Shown here: piece by piece, positions 18,650-28,569 of the stretch
Numbering within the stretch: position 1 is the first letter of the stretch
Layout of the letters: every line of letters starts with the position of its first letter
From: Gemmatimonadales bacterium
Lineage (GTDB): Bacteria > Gemmatimonadota > Gemmatimonadetes > Gemmatimonadales > GWC2-71-9
Assembly (NCBI GenBank): GCA_036279355.1
Contig: DASUJH010000020.1
Coordinates: 135,902-199,901, forward strand
Length of the DNA: 64,000 nt
Direction: 5' to 3'
Translations under genes and position numbers: made by a program
The notes under the pieces: model-generated
What the model was told of the DNA's origin: nothing
What the model saw: the letters and a program-made list of their open reading frames with translations, nothing else
Databases searched by the model: none

Positions 18650-20334
18650 CTCGCGCGCCCGCGCCCGGCGCCGCCACTTCCGGCGCCGCGCAGCATCGCC
18701 TGCGCATGGCGGCGCGCCGTGTCGCCGTCGGTGTCGCCCAGCATGCGCGCCAGCTCGGCCACGCGGTCCTCACCGTGGATCGTGGCCACGTCGCTCGTGG
18801 CGATTCCGCGGCGCGCCTCCTTCGATACGACGAGATGATGGTCCGCCCGCGCGGCGATCTGCGGCAGGTGCGTGATGACCAGGACCTGGTGGCGCGCCGC
18901 AACCTCGGCGAGCGCGCTGCCCACCTGCGCCCCGACCTCGCCACCGATGCCCTGATCCACCTCATCGAACACGAGCGTCGCGATGGCGTCGTGCTTCGCG
19001 AGTACGACCTTGAGCGCCAGCATGAGGCGCGACAGCTCGCCGCCGGAGGCCACGCGGGCGAGCGGCTTTGCATCGAGCCCCACGTTGAGCTGCACGGTGA
19101 GGACGACCGACTCGGCGCCCAGGCGCTCGGGCGCCGGCAGCGGCGTGAGCTCCACGGCGATCCGCCCACCCGGGAGGCCGAGCCGCGGGAGCAACCGGTT
19201 CACGGCGCGCGCGAGCTGATCGGCGCCGGCGCGGCGCCGCGCGGTGAGCGCGGAAGCCGCAGCGGTGAGCCCGGCCTGAGCGGCGGCGCGGCGCGCGGCG
19301 AGCGCGCGGAGATCGGTGTCCGCGGTGTCGAGCAGGTCCAGCTCGGCGGCGGCTTCGCGGCCGGTCTCGAGCACGGCCTCGAGCGAGGCGCCGTACTTCT
19401 GCATCAGCCGGGACAGCACGTCCCGGCGGCGCTCGATTTCGGCCAGGCGCTCCGGATCTTCGTGCGCAGCGTCGGCGTACGCGCCCGCGGTCCGCGCCAG
19501 CTCGCTCAGGTTCGCGTACGCGGCATCGAGCATCTCTCGCCACTCACTCGCGACCGGGTCCAGCCGCTCGAGTGCCGCGAGCGCACGATCCGCGGCCGCC
19601 ACGCGCTCGAGCGCCGATCCATCGCTTTCCTCCAGCGCCTCGGCGATCTGTCGGGCGTGCTCGCCGATGACGCCGGCCTGGCTCAGGCGGCGGGCTTCGA
19701 GCCCAAGCGCCTCGTCTTCTCCGGGCCGGAGCCGCGCCGCGTCGATCTCGCGCACGACGTGGCGCAGGTAGTCCGCCCGCCGCCGCACCTCGTCGCGCCG
19801 CGCGGCCAGCTCGCTTTCCTGCCGCGTGAGCTCGGCCAGGGCCGCGTACGCCTCCGCGGTAGCGGCGCGCTCCGCCTCGGCATGCGCGAAGGCATCCAGG
19901 ATGTCCCGCTGCGCATCCGCGTGCAGGAGCGACTGGGTCTCGTGTTGTCCGTGCAGATCCACCAGCAGGGCGCCCAGTCGCCCAAGCACCGTCGCCGTGG
20001 TCGGGCTTCCGTTCACCCACGCGCGCGAGCGCCCTTCGGCCGACACCTCGCGCCGCACGATCACCCGGCCGTCCTCCACGTCGAGCCCCAGCTCCTCGAC
20101 GCCCCGCCGAGCCGCCGAGTCGAGCGCGTCGAACGCGCCTTCGATGACCGCCTTCGCCGCACCGGGACGCACGCTCGACGGATCGGCACGCTCGCCGAGC
20201 AACAGGGCCAGCGCGTCGACCAGCATGGACTTGCCCGCGCCGGTCTCCCCGGTGAGCACGTTGAGGCCGGGGCCGAGCTGAAGCGTCACGTCGGCGATGG
20301 TGGCGAGGTCGCGCACGCGCAGCTCCGCAATCAC
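18646..20334 (-). CDS. recN: DNA repair protein RecN
   Basis: From GTG 20334 the protein reads VIAELRVRDLATIADVTLQLGPGLNVLTGETGAGKSMLVDAL. The C-terminal FDEVDQGIGG block is present. Confidence 0.92.
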   Translation of the reverse strand: MIAELRVRDLATIADVTLQLGPGLNVLTGETGAGKSMLVDALALLLGERADPSSVRPGAAKAVIEGAFDALDSAARRGVEELGLDVEDGRVIVRREVSAEGRSRAWVNGSPTTATVLGRLGALLVDLHGQHETQSLLHADAQRDILDAFAHAEAERAATAEAYAALAELTRQESELAARRDEVRRRADYLRHVVREIDAARLRPGEDEALGLEARRLSQAGVIGEHARQIAEALEESDGSALERVAAADRALAALERLDPVASEWREMLDAAYANLSELARTAGAYADAAHEDPERLAEIERRRDVLSRLMQKYGASLEAVLETGREAAAELDLLDTADTDLRALAARRAAAQAGLTAAASALTARRRAGADQLARAVNRLLPRLGLPGGRIAVELTPLPAPERLGAESVVLTVQLNVGLDAKPLARVASGGELSRLMLALKVVLAKHDAIATLVFDEVDQGIGGEVGAQVGSALAEVAARHQVLVITHLPQIAARADHHLVVSKEARRGIATSDVATIHGEDRVAELARMLGDTDGDTARRHAQAMLRGAGSGGAGRGRAS

Positions 20335-20347
20335 CGCGGCGCACTCC

Positions 20348-21229
20348 TCACCGCTGCACCTCGCGCTCCGACAGGTCGCCCCAGTGCAGCTTCTGCCGCA
20401 TGCGCGCGAAGAAGCCGTCATGGCTCAGCCGCACGAGGTGGATCGGCTCGTCGGCCCGGCTCACCCGCACCGATTCGCCGCCCGCGAGCGTGCTCCCGGT
20501 CTGGCCGTCGAAAGACACGAGCAGATCGTCGCCCCAGCCGTCGATTGGCTCGACCACGATGGTGTACGAGGCGGGCACCACGAGCGGCCGCACGGCGAGG
20601 GTATGCGCGCAGATCGGCGTCACCAGCATCGCCTTGACGCCGGGCACCACGATCGGGCCGCCGGCGCTCAGGCTGTACGCCGTCGAGCCGGTCGGCGTCG
20701 CGACCACGATGCCGTCGCCGCTGTACGGCCCGACGTTCTCGCCCTCGATGAAGACGTTGACCCGGATGACGCGCGCCACGCCGCCCTTGTGGATGGCCAC
20801 GTCGTTGAGCGCCGGCTGCGCAGCGCGCACTTCGCCGTCGCGCGCGAGGATCTGCGCCGTGAGGCCCTGCCGCGGCTCGATGATGTAATCGCCGGAAACG
20901 AGCGCCGCGAGCGCCTGGTCGAGCGTGGCGAGCGTGGCGGTGGTGAGAAAGCCGACCCGGCCAAGGTTCACGCCGAGGACGCAGGTGCTTCGCGTCCGGA
21001 GCATGCGCGCGCCCCGGAGGAGCGTGCCGTCGCCGCCGAACGTGAGCAGGGCGTGGAGCGGCGGCTCTGTGGGCGCTTCGTCGATGTGCGGCAGCGGGCA
21101 GGGCCAGAACGGATCCAGCCGCGCCTCGGTGAAGAGCGTGATCCCCCGTGCCGGCGCCTCGCGCGCAACGTGCGCCAGCACCGCGCCGAGGTCGGCGTAG
21201 CGCGGGTTGCCGACGACGCCGACGTTCAT
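20348..21229 (-). CDS. nadK: NAD(+) kinase
   Basis: From ATG 21229 (MNVGVVGNPRY...) the protein carries the TFGGDGTLL motif and the ATPTGSTAYSLSAGGPIV block. Confidence 0.9.
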   Translation of the reverse strand: MNVGVVGNPRYADLGAVLAHVAREAPARGITLFTEARLDPFWPCPLPHIDEAPTEPPLHALLTFGGDGTLLRGARMLRTRSTCVLGVNLGRVGFLTTATLATLDQALAALVSGDYIIEPRQGLTAQILARDGEVRAAQPALNDVAIHKGGVARVIRVNVFIEGENVGPYSGDGIVVATPTGSTAYSLSAGGPIVVPGVKAMLVTPICAHTLAVRPLVVPASYTIVVEPIDGWGDDLLVSFDGQTGSTLAGGESVRVSRADEPIHLVRLSHDGFFARMRQKLHWGDLSEREVQR

Positions 21230-21242
21230 GGCCCCCCCGCGG

Positions 21243-23141
21243 TCATCGCGCCTCGAAACTTTCCTCGTGGTGCAGCGCCGTAACCCGCCGCGCGATCCCT
21301 TCCGCCGTGAGCCCGAACGCCTCGAGCTGCTCCGCGCGCGGCGCCTGCTCCACCAGGCGGTCGGGCACGCCGAGCGCCACGACGCGCACCTCCGGATGGG
21401 TGGTCTGCAACGTCTCGGCAAGGTAGGCGCCGAACCCGTTCACGACGGTGCCTTCTTCGATCGTCACGAGAATCCGGTAGCGCTGCACCAGCGCCTCGAG
21501 CATCGCGTCGTCCATCGGCTTCATGAATCGGCAATTGACGACCGCGCAGTCGAGTCCCTCGCCGGCGAGAATGCCGGCCGCGCCGAGTGCAGACCGCACC
21601 ATCGTGCCGACGGCGAGCAGGGCCACGTCGCTGCCGGTCCGGAGCTGCTCCCAAGTGCCATAGGGCACTGCCGGCACCTCGGCCACCGGGGCCGGTTCGG
21701 CGGGCGCCTTGTCGCGGGGATACCGGGTGCAGAAGGGGCCACCCTCATGCGCGAGCGCCGTCTTGAGCAGGGCGATCAGCTCGTCGCCGTCCTTGGGTGC
21801 GGTGACCGTCATCCCCGGAATCGCGAGCATGTACGCGATGTCGTAGAGCCCCATGTGGGTCTGGCCGTCTTCACCCACGAGGCCGGCGCGGTCGAGCGCA
21901 AAGATCACCGGGAGCTGCTGCACCGCTACGTCGTGGATCACGTTGTCGTACGCGCGCTGGAGAAACGTGCTGTAGATGGCGCAGACGGGGCGCATCCCTT
22001 CCGCGGCGAGCCCCCCGGCAAAGGTCACCGCGTGCCCCTCCGCGATACCCACGTCGAAGAAGCGCGCGGGCCACCGCTTCTCGAATACGCTGGTGCCCGT
22101 GCCGCTCGGCATCGCCGCGGTGATAGCGACGAGCTCGGGGTGCTCGGCACCGAGCGCCGTGATCGCGTCGCCGAACACCTGGGTCCAGGTGGGCGGACCG
22201 CTCGACTTCTTGCGCGCCTCGCCCGTGACCGGGTCGTAGGCCGCGAGCCCGTGCCACTTCTCCCGGTTCGACTCGGCGAAGGCGAACCCCTTGCCCTTCT
22301 CCGTGATGACGTGGACCAGGCGCGGGCCGGTCATTCCGCGCACGAACGCGAGCGTCTGGCAAAGTTTGGTCAGGTCGTGGCCGTCGATGGGTCCGAAGTA
22401 GCGGAGCCCCAGCTCCTCGAACAGCATCCCCTGCGAGAAGAGATTCTTGGCGCTCTCCTCCACATTCTTGGCGAAGTCGACGACGCCTTCGCCGAGCACG
22501 TTGCCGAGGGCGAAGGTGAGGTGCTTCACGTGCTCGCGCAGCGCGTTGGTGCGCGGGTTGGCCACGATACCGCCGAGCATGCGCGCGATTCCGCCCACGT
22601 TGGGAGAAATCGACATGCCATTGTCGTTGAGCACGATGATGACATCGCGCGCCGAGTGCCCCGCGTTGTTCATTCCCTCGTAGGAAAGCCCGCAGGTGAG
22701 CGCACCGTCGCCCAGGACGGCGACCACCTTGTGAGTCTGCCCCCGGAGATCGCGCGCCGCCGCCATGCCGAGTGCGGCCGAAACCGCGGTGCCGGCGTGG
22801 CCCGCGCCGAATTGGTCATGCGGGCTTTCGGCGCGCTTGAGGAAGCCGGAGATCCCGCCCGGCTGGCGCAGCGTGGGAAATTCCGCGTTGCGGCCGGTGA
22901 GCAGCTTCCAGGCGTACGCCTGGTGGCCTACATCCCAGACGATGCGGTCGGCGGGCGAGTCGAACTCGTAGAGCAGCGCAACGGCGAGCTCGACCACGCC
23001 GAGACTGGCGCCGATGTGGCCGCCGGTGAGCGAGCAGCACTCGATGAGCCGCTCCCGGATCTCGCGCGCAAGCTGTGGGAGCTGCTCCCGCTTGAGGCGT
23101 TTGAGGTCCTCCGGATCCCGGATGCCGGCGAGCAAGGACAT
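21243..23141 (-). CDS. dxs: 1-deoxy-D-xylulose-5-phosphate synthase
   Basis: From ATG 23141 the protein reads MSLLAGIRDPEDLKRLKREQLPQLAREIRERLIECCSLTGGHIGASLGVVEL.... The full-length DXS layout is present. Confidence 0.95.
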   Translation of the reverse strand: MSLLAGIRDPEDLKRLKREQLPQLAREIRERLIECCSLTGGHIGASLGVVELAVALLYEFDSPADRIVWDVGHQAYAWKLLTGRNAEFPTLRQPGGISGFLKRAESPHDQFGAGHAGTAVSAALGMAAARDLRGQTHKVVAVLGDGALTCGLSYEGMNNAGHSARDVIIVLNDNGMSISPNVGGIARMLGGIVANPRTNALREHVKHLTFALGNVLGEGVVDFAKNVEESAKNLFSQGMLFEELGLRYFGPIDGHDLTKLCQTLAFVRGMTGPRLVHVITEKGKGFAFAESNREKWHGLAAYDPVTGEARKKSSGPPTWTQVFGDAITALGAEHPELVAITAAMPSGTGTSVFEKRWPARFFDVGIAEGHAVTFAGGLAAEGMRPVCAIYSTFLQRAYDNVIHDVAVQQLPVIFALDRAGLVGEDGQTHMGLYDIAYMLAIPGMTVTAPKDGDELIALLKTALAHEGGPFCTRYPRDKAPAEPAPVAEVPAVPYGTWEQLRTGSDVALLAVGTMVRSALGAAGILAGEGLDCAVVNCRFMKPMDDAMLEALVQRYRILVTIEEGTVVNGFGAYLAETLQTTHPEVRVVALGVPDRLVEQAPRAEQLEAFGLTAEGIARRVTALHHEESFEAR

Positions 23142-23154
23142 GGCTCTTCTCCCC

Positions 23155-24084
23155 TTACGAGCTTCTCGTGACAATATACTGCGCCAGTGAGGCGAGGGAG
23201 CCCGCCGCAAGAGCGCCGTCGACCCCCGCGGCGCTGCTGGCACCGAGGCGCGCGAGCGCCCGCTGCACCAGGGACGCCGCTTCCGCGCGCGCGGCGTCCA
23301 CGCCAAGCAGGCCGACGTAGGTGGACTTGTTCAGCGCGGCGTCACGCCCCGCGGTCTTGCCCAGCGCGTCGCTCGTACCGGTGGCGTCGAGCACGTCGTC
23401 GGCGATCTGAAAGGCGAGACCGATGTCCTCGCCGAATCGGCCGAGCGCCGCGAGCGTGGGCGGCGGCGCGGCGGCGGCGAGGCCGCCGAGCATGCACGCC
23501 GCGCGGATGAGCGCGCCGGTCTTGCCGCGATGGATGGCCGTGAGCTCCGCGAGATCGAGCGCCCGCCCCTCCGCCGCGAGGTCGCGCCACTGGCCACCCA
23601 CCATGCCCTCGATGCCGCCGGCCTCGAACAGCTCGACGGCCATGCGCCCAAGGACTTCCTCTCCGAGCCCCAGCTCATCCGCCGCCTCGGCCAGTACGCA
23701 CGCGGCGACCGGCACGAGGAGATAGCCCGCCCGGGTCGCGACCGGCACGCCGAAGACGCGGTGCGTGGTCGGGCGACCGCGGCGAAGATCGTCGTCGTCC
23801 ATGCACGGGAGATCGTCGTGCACCAGTGAGTAGGCGTGCACGGTCTCGGCGGCGGCAGCAACGCCCGCCGGGTCGGAGCGCCCACCCGCCGCCCGATACG
23901 CACCCAGGACGAGCGCCGCGCGGACCCGCTTGCCCGGGCTCCGAAGCGCGTACGCCACCGCAGCAGCCCCGGGGCCCGGCGCCATGAGCTCGATGCGCGC
24001 GGCCCAGCGCTCGAGCCGTGCGTCGGTCGCGGCGCGGGCCTCGGCGAGCAATGCGGTCGCCGGGTCCGTCGCCACCTCAGCCAT
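23155..24084 (-). CDS. ispA: Polyprenyl diphosphate synthase (farnesyl-diphosphate synthase-like)
   Basis: The first DDxxD region is HAYSLVHDDLPCMDDDDLRRGRPT and the second is FQIADDVLD. The ATG overlaps the xseB 3' end by 8 nt. Confidence 0.8.
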   Translation of the reverse strand: MAEVATDPATALLAEARAATDARLERWAARIELMAPGPGAAAVAYALRSPGKRVRAALVLGAYRAAGGRSDPAGVAAAAETVHAYSLVHDDLPCMDDDDLRRGRPTTHRVFGVPVATRAGYLLVPVAACVLAEAADELGLGEEVLGRMAVELFEAGGIEGMVGGQWRDLAAEGRALDLAELTAIHRGKTGALIRAACMLGGLAAAAPPPTLAALGRFGEDIGLAFQIADDVLDATGTSDALGKTAGRDAALNKSTYVGLLGVDAARAEAASLVQRALARLGASSAAGVDGALAAGSLASLAQYIVTRSS

Positions 24085-24343
24085 CGAGATCGGTGAATCG
24101 GAGCGAGCCGTCGGCGTCCTCGAGGACCGTGCGGACGGTGAGCTCGGCCGCGGCGAGGCGGGCCCGCGCCTCGCGCAGGCAGGCGACGCCTTCCTCGAAA
24201 AGTGCCAGCGCCGCGTCCAGGTCCAGCTCTTCGATCTCGAGCCGGCGCACGATCACCTCGAGACGCGCCAACTGCTCCGCGAGCGAGGGCGGCGGGGGTG
24301 GCGCGGTCACGGCCCTATTCGGCCCGCGCCGCGACATCGCCAT
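24077..24343 (-). CDS. xseB: Exodeoxyribonuclease VII small subunit
   Basis: LAEQLARLEVIVRRLEIEELDLDAALALFEEGVACLREARARLAAAELTV matches the family. The start is uncertain: ATG 24343 or 24337 would overlap xseA, while GTG 24310 lies after the xseA stop. Confidence 0.8.
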   Translation of the reverse strand: MAMSRRGPNRAVTAPPPPPSLAEQLARLEVIVRRLEIEELDLDAALALFEEGVACLREARARLAAAELTVRTVLEDADGSLRFTDLDG

Positions 24344-25466
24344 CGGCGACGCGCAGGCGGAAGGGCCGGGCCGGCGTGAACTCGGCCCTGCGACGGAGCA
24401 CGCGGCCGTCGGCGCCGAGCGGCACCGCGTATCCGCGGGCGAGCACGCGCAGCGGGCTCAACGCATCGAGTTGTGCGGCGAGGCGGTCGACGCGGTAGCG
24501 CTGGCGCTCGAGCGCCTGCTCCGCCGCCGCTTGCAGCCGATCGCCGGTGCGCGCGAGCCGCTCGGCGGCAAAGCGGGTGCGGCGGTCGAGTCCGGCGCTC
24601 ATGCGGGCGCTCAGGTCAGCCACCTGGCGCGTGACCTCTCGGGCATCGGCCCACGCGAGCTCCGCTGCCGCGGATGGTGTGGCGGCGCGCACGTCGGCAA
24701 CGAGATCGGCGAGGGTGACATCGATCTCGTGCCCGACTGCCGAGATGGTGGGGACGCACACCGCTGCGAGGGCGCGGCAGACCCGCTCGTCGTTGAAGGC
24801 GGCAAGATCGTCCCGCGCGCCGCCGCCGCGGCCCACGATGCAGAGATCGATATCGTCGAGCCGGTTCACGATGCCGAGGGCCGCCACCAGCTCGTCGGCG
24901 GCCCCGTCGCCCTGCACGCGCGAGCCCACCACGACGAGCGCGGCGCCCGGCCACCGCTTGCGGGTAACCGTGATGATGTCGCGGAGCGCCGCGCCATCGA
25001 GGCTCGTCACCACGGCGGCGGCTCCGGCGAGCGGCGGTACCGGGCGCTTGCGCGCGCGGTCGAATAATCCATCGGCCGCGAGCGCCATGCGGGTGCGCTC
25101 GAGCGCGCGCTGCTGCTCGCCCACCGTCGAGGTCGGGATCATCCGGGTGACGACGAGCTGGAACTCCCCCTTTGCCTCGTACATCCCGGGCGCGCCGTAG
25201 GCGAACACCTCGGTGCCGTCCGCGGGCGGGCGCCCCGCGCGGGCCGCGTGTGCCCGCCACATGCAGCAGCGCACCTGCGCCCCCGCGTCCCGCAGGGTGA
25301 AGTACCAGTGTCCGCTGCTCCACACGCGGCACTGCACGATCTCGCCCCGGACCCAGAGCGGACCCATCTGGCCCTCGATCAAGCCCTTCACCATCGCGGT
25401 GAGATCGCCGACCGATAGAACTTCGTCGGCCGGCGTCGCCGCCGGGATCGGCAGTTGCAGCGTCAC
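24315..25466 (-). CDS. xseA: Exodeoxyribonuclease VII large subunit
   Basis: The N-terminal OB-fold reads LSVGDLTAMVKGLIEGQMGPLWVRGEIVQCRVWSSGHWYFTLRD. The GTG start overlaps the folD stop as GTGA. Confidence 0.9.
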   Translation of the reverse strand: MTLQLPIPAATPADEVLSVGDLTAMVKGLIEGQMGPLWVRGEIVQCRVWSSGHWYFTLRDAGAQVRCCMWRAHAARAGRPPADGTEVFAYGAPGMYEAKGEFQLVVTRMIPTSTVGEQQRALERTRMALAADGLFDRARKRPVPPLAGAAAVVTSLDGAALRDIITVTRKRWPGAALVVVGSRVQGDGAADELVAALGIVNRLDDIDLCIVGRGGGARDDLAAFNDERVCRALAAVCVPTISAVGHEIDVTLADLVADVRAATPSAAAELAWADAREVTRQVADLSARMSAGLDRRTRFAAERLARTGDRLQAAAEQALERQRYRVDRLAAQLDALSPLRVLARGYAVPLGADGRVLRRRAEFTPARPFRLRVADGDVAARAE

Positions 25467-26359
25467 GCGGCCCGCTGTTGTTGCTGCTGCTCGAATGCCT
25501 GCAGCGTATTCTGGAGCAGCATGGCGATGGTCATCCGGCCCACGCCACCCGGCACCGGCGTGATGGCGGAGGCGACCTCGGCCACCGGCGCGAAGGCCAC
25601 GTCGCCCACGATGCGGTAGCCCCTGGGCTGGCTCGCGTCCTCCACCCGGTTGATGCCCACGTCGATCACGACGGCCCCGGGGCGCACCATGTCGCGGGTG
25701 ACGAACTCCGGCTTGCCGATGGCGACGATCAGGATGTCGGCCGAGCGGCAGATGGCGGGGAGGTCGCGCGACTTGGAATGGCAGACGGTGACCGTCGCAT
25801 CCCCGCCCCGGCCCGGCTGAATGAGGAGATTGGCCATCGGCTTGCCCACGATGTTGGAGCGGCCGACGATCACCACATTGGCGCCCTTCGGGTCGATCCC
25901 CGAACGGAGCAGCATCTGCTGCACGCCGTAGGGCGTGGCGGGGCGGAGCGCGGTCGGGTCGCCGATCACGAGCTTTCCGGCATTTACCGGATGGAAACCG
26001 TCGACGTCCTTGAGGGGGTTCACCCGATTCAGCACCCGCTCGCCATCGATGTGCTTGGGGAGCGGGAGCTGGACCAGGAAGCCGTTGATCCTGGGGTCGG
26101 TGTTGAGCCGGTCCACCACGGCGAGCAGCTCGGCCTCGCTCGCGGTCTCAGGCAGCCGCACGGTCTCCGAGTGCATGCCGGCCTCGTCGCACGCCTTGCC
26201 TTTGGAGCGGACGTAGACCTGGCTCGCCGCATTCTCGCCCACGAGCACCACGGCAAGCCCGGGCTGGTGCCCGGCAGCGCGGTGCTTCGCCACGGCCGCG
26301 GCGACCTCGGCGCGGATGGCGTCGGCGATGGGAACGCCATCGAGAACGCGGGCGGTCAT
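25463..26359 (-). CDS. folD: Bifunctional methylenetetrahydrofolate dehydrogenase/cyclohydrolase
   Basis: The protein contains LAVVLVGENAASQVYVRSKGKAC, VVIVGRSNIVGKPMANLL and PVPGGVGRMTIAMLL. Confidence 0.95.
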   Translation of the reverse strand: MTARVLDGVPIADAIRAEVAAAVAKHRAAGHQPGLAVVLVGENAASQVYVRSKGKACDEAGMHSETVRLPETASEAELLAVVDRLNTDPRINGFLVQLPLPKHIDGERVLNRVNPLKDVDGFHPVNAGKLVIGDPTALRPATPYGVQQMLLRSGIDPKGANVVIVGRSNIVGKPMANLLIQPGRGGDATVTVCHSKSRDLPAICRSADILIVAIGKPEFVTRDMVRPGAVVIDVGINRVEDASQPRGYRIVGDVAFAPVAEVASAITPVPGGVGRMTIAMLLQNTLQAFEQQQQQRAA

Positions 26360-27942
26360 CGGGCAAAATCCACGGCTCGGGTTTCCCGGATCACCACGAC
26401 CCGGATCTGACCCGGATACTGCAACTCATTCTCGATGCGGCGGGCAATGGCATCCGAGAGCTGCGCGGCCGCGGCATCGTCCACCCGGTCGGGGGTCACG
26501 ACGACGCGCACCTCGCGCCCCGCCTGGATCACGTTGCTCTTCTCGACGCCAGGAAATCCATTGGCGATTTCTTCGAGGCGAGTGAGCCGCTTCACGTAGC
26601 TCTCGAACGCCTCGCGCCGTGCCCCCGGGCGCGAGCCGCTGATCGCGTCTGCCGCCTGGACCAGCACCGACTCCGTGCTCTCGTGCGGCACGTCGTCGTG
26701 GTGGGCCTCGATGCAGTTGATCACGGCGGCGCTCTCACCGTACTTGCGGGCGATCTCGACGCCCAGCTCCACGTGGGTGCCTTCGCTGTCGTGCGTGAGC
26801 ACCTTGCCCACGTCGTGCAGCAGGCCGCCGCGCTTGGCGAGCGCTACGTCGGCGTGCAGCTCCGCCGCCATCATTCCGGCGAGCCATGCGACTTCCTTCG
26901 AGTGGTCGAGGATGTTCTGCCCGTACGACGTACGGTAACGCATCCGGCCGATCATGACGATGAGCTCGGGGTGGAGGCCGTGGATGCCGGTGTCGTACGC
27001 CGCCTGCTCGCCGAGCTCGACGAGCTGCACCTCCAGCTCGCGGCGGCACCGGGCGACGATCTCCTCGATCCGGCCCGGGTGGATCCTGCCGTCGGTGATG
27101 AGCGCCTCGAGCGCGCGGCGCGCCACCTCTCGTCGGATCGGGTCGAAGCAGGAAACGATGACGGTGTCCGGCGTGTCGTCGATGATCACGTCGACGCCGG
27201 TCGCGGTTTCGAACGCGCGGATGTTCCGGCCTTCGCGTCCGATGATCCGGCCCTTCATCTCGTCACTCGGGAGCGCCACGGCCGCCACGGTGCTCTCCGC
27301 CGTGTGCTCGGCGGCAATCCGCTGGATCGACATGGCGATGATCCGCTTCGCGTCGCGCTCCGCCGTACGGCGGGCCTGCTCCTTGATGTCGCGCACCAGC
27401 GCCGCGGCGCCGGCCCGGGCCTCGTCTTCCACCCGCTGCATGATCTCGCGCCGCGCATCGTCGGCCGTGAGCCCCGCAATCCGCTCGAGCCGGGTGCGCT
27501 GCTCCTGAACCAGCCGCTCGCTCTCGGCCTCGCGCCCGCGCAGCTCGTGCTCCCGCGCGGCGAGCGCCTGCTCCTGGACCCGGAGCCCGCGCTCCTGGCC
27601 CGCCACCTCCTCCAGCTTCCGCTCGAGCGCGCGGCCGCGGTCTTCCACCCGACGCTCGGCCCGCTCCCATTCCTCGCGACGCCGCGCCACTTCGCGGTCA
27701 AGCTCTTCGCGCACCTTGAGCGCGTCCATCTTGCCCGCCATGATGCCGGACTGCCGCGCCGCTTCCGCCTGGCGCTCGGCGTCGCGCTCCGCGTCGCCGC
27801 GGAGCCGCGCCGCGTTGGCCTCCGCCGCCGCGACGATCGCGGCCGCTTCGCGCCGCCGCCGATTCACGTGCGCGGCGCCGAGCGCGGCCGCGACCGCGAG
27901 CCCCACGACAAGGCCAATCGCGCCGAGCAGCAGCGGGTTCAC
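26356..27942 (-). CDS. rny: Ribonuclease Y
   Basis: The N-terminal TM helix is followed by a coiled coil, a KH domain (IIGREGRNIRAFETATGVDVIIDD) and an HD domain (LLHDVGK). Confidence 0.93.
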   Translation of the reverse strand: MNPLLLGAIGLVVGLAVAAALGAAHVNRRRREAAAIVAAAEANAARLRGDAERDAERQAEAARQSGIMAGKMDALKVREELDREVARRREEWERAERRVEDRGRALERKLEEVAGQERGLRVQEQALAAREHELRGREAESERLVQEQRTRLERIAGLTADDARREIMQRVEDEARAGAAALVRDIKEQARRTAERDAKRIIAMSIQRIAAEHTAESTVAAVALPSDEMKGRIIGREGRNIRAFETATGVDVIIDDTPDTVIVSCFDPIRREVARRALEALITDGRIHPGRIEEIVARCRRELEVQLVELGEQAAYDTGIHGLHPELIVMIGRMRYRTSYGQNILDHSKEVAWLAGMMAAELHADVALAKRGGLLHDVGKVLTHDSEGTHVELGVEIARKYGESAAVINCIEAHHDDVPHESTESVLVQAADAISGSRPGARREAFESYVKRLTRLEEIANGFPGVEKSNVIQAGREVRVVVTPDRVDDAAAAQLSDAIARRIENELQYPGQIRVVVIRETRAVDFAR

Positions 27943-28265
27943 TCGGCCGCCGCCACCGAGCCGCTGGCGCGGCTCCCTCGTTTGGCCGGCGGGAGCAGCC
28001 GCACCAGGTCATCGGCAATGCCGGAGATCCGCTGCGCGATGTCCCGGTCGCCCCGGCGCGCCTGGAACAGTTCGTCGGTGATGGCGAGCGCGGCGAGGAT
28101 GGCGGCCTTGTGGGTCTCGACGCTCGGCAGCATGTCCCGCACCCGCTTGAGCGCCGCGTCGAGATAGGCCGCGACCTCCCTGGTGTACTCGGGCGGCAGT
28201 TCGGAGCGTACGGTGAATTCCTCGCCGCCGATCGTCACCTTGACCGCGTTCTTGGCTCCGGTCAC
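27939..28265 (-). CDS. zapA: Cell division protein ZapA
   Basis: From GTG 28265 the protein reads VTGAKNAVKVTIGGEEFTVRSELPPEYTREVAAYLDAALKRVRD...AILAALAITDELF. The GTG overlaps the upstream stop as GTGA. The longer track ORF (to 28661) overlaps the next gene in another frame. Confidence 0.85.
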   Translation of the reverse strand: MTGAKNAVKVTIGGEEFTVRSELPPEYTREVAAYLDAALKRVRDMLPSVETHKAAILAALAITDELFQARRGDRDIAQRISGIADDLVRLLPPAKRGSRASGSVAAAE

Positions 28266-28567
28266 GAGGGCGAGCCTCCCTGCTCGAGAAAGGCGAGCCG
28301 CGCGGCAAGCGCGCGCACCCGCTCCTTGGCCGCGTCGATCCGGTCGCGCAGCGCCTGATTCTCCCGCTCCAGCTCGGCCACGCGCTGGCGCGCGCCGCTC
28401 AGCTCGGGGCCCTGATACACCCCGCCGCGCGCACGGACCTCCTGCAGCTCCGCCTCCGCCTTGAGCGATCGCCGCCGCCACCCGGCCACCTCGGTGCCCA
28501 GGTTGCGCAGCAACTCCTCCAGCTCGGTCAACGCCTTCAAGTCGGGTCGCTCGTAGGTGTAGGCCAC
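28262..28567 (-). CDS. Small coiled-coil protein (ZapB-like / unknown)
   Basis: This is a 101-aa ORF with a GTG start 2 nt after the pheT stop. Heptad-like sequence ELEELLRNLGTEVAGWRRRSLKAEAELQEV...VAELERENQALRDRIDAAKERVRALAARLAFLEQ is present. I recognise no family with confidence. Confidence 0.6.
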   Translation of the reverse strand: MAYTYERPDLKALTELEELLRNLGTEVAGWRRRSLKAEAELQEVRARGGVYQGPELSGARQRVAELERENQALRDRIDAAKERVRALAARLAFLEQGGSPS

Positions 28568-28569
28568 GG

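Noticed and set aside
17635-20637. Very long ORFs antisense or out of frame to recognised genes. Examples are 17635..20637 (+, 1000 aa), 46710..50264 (+, 1184 aa), 4462..6207 (+), 14305..16386 (+), 21207..23171 (+), 41888..44095 (+), 26683..28167 (+), 30264..32117 (+) and 58206..60212 (+).
   Set aside because: Their translations are Arg/Ala/Gly/Pro/His-rich low-complexity strings with no motifs. Each lies opposite or overlaps a gene with unmistakable conserved motifs (recN, mutS2, rpsA, glgX, dxs, recJ, rny, pheST). Long stop-free antisense frames are expected in DNA this GC-rich.
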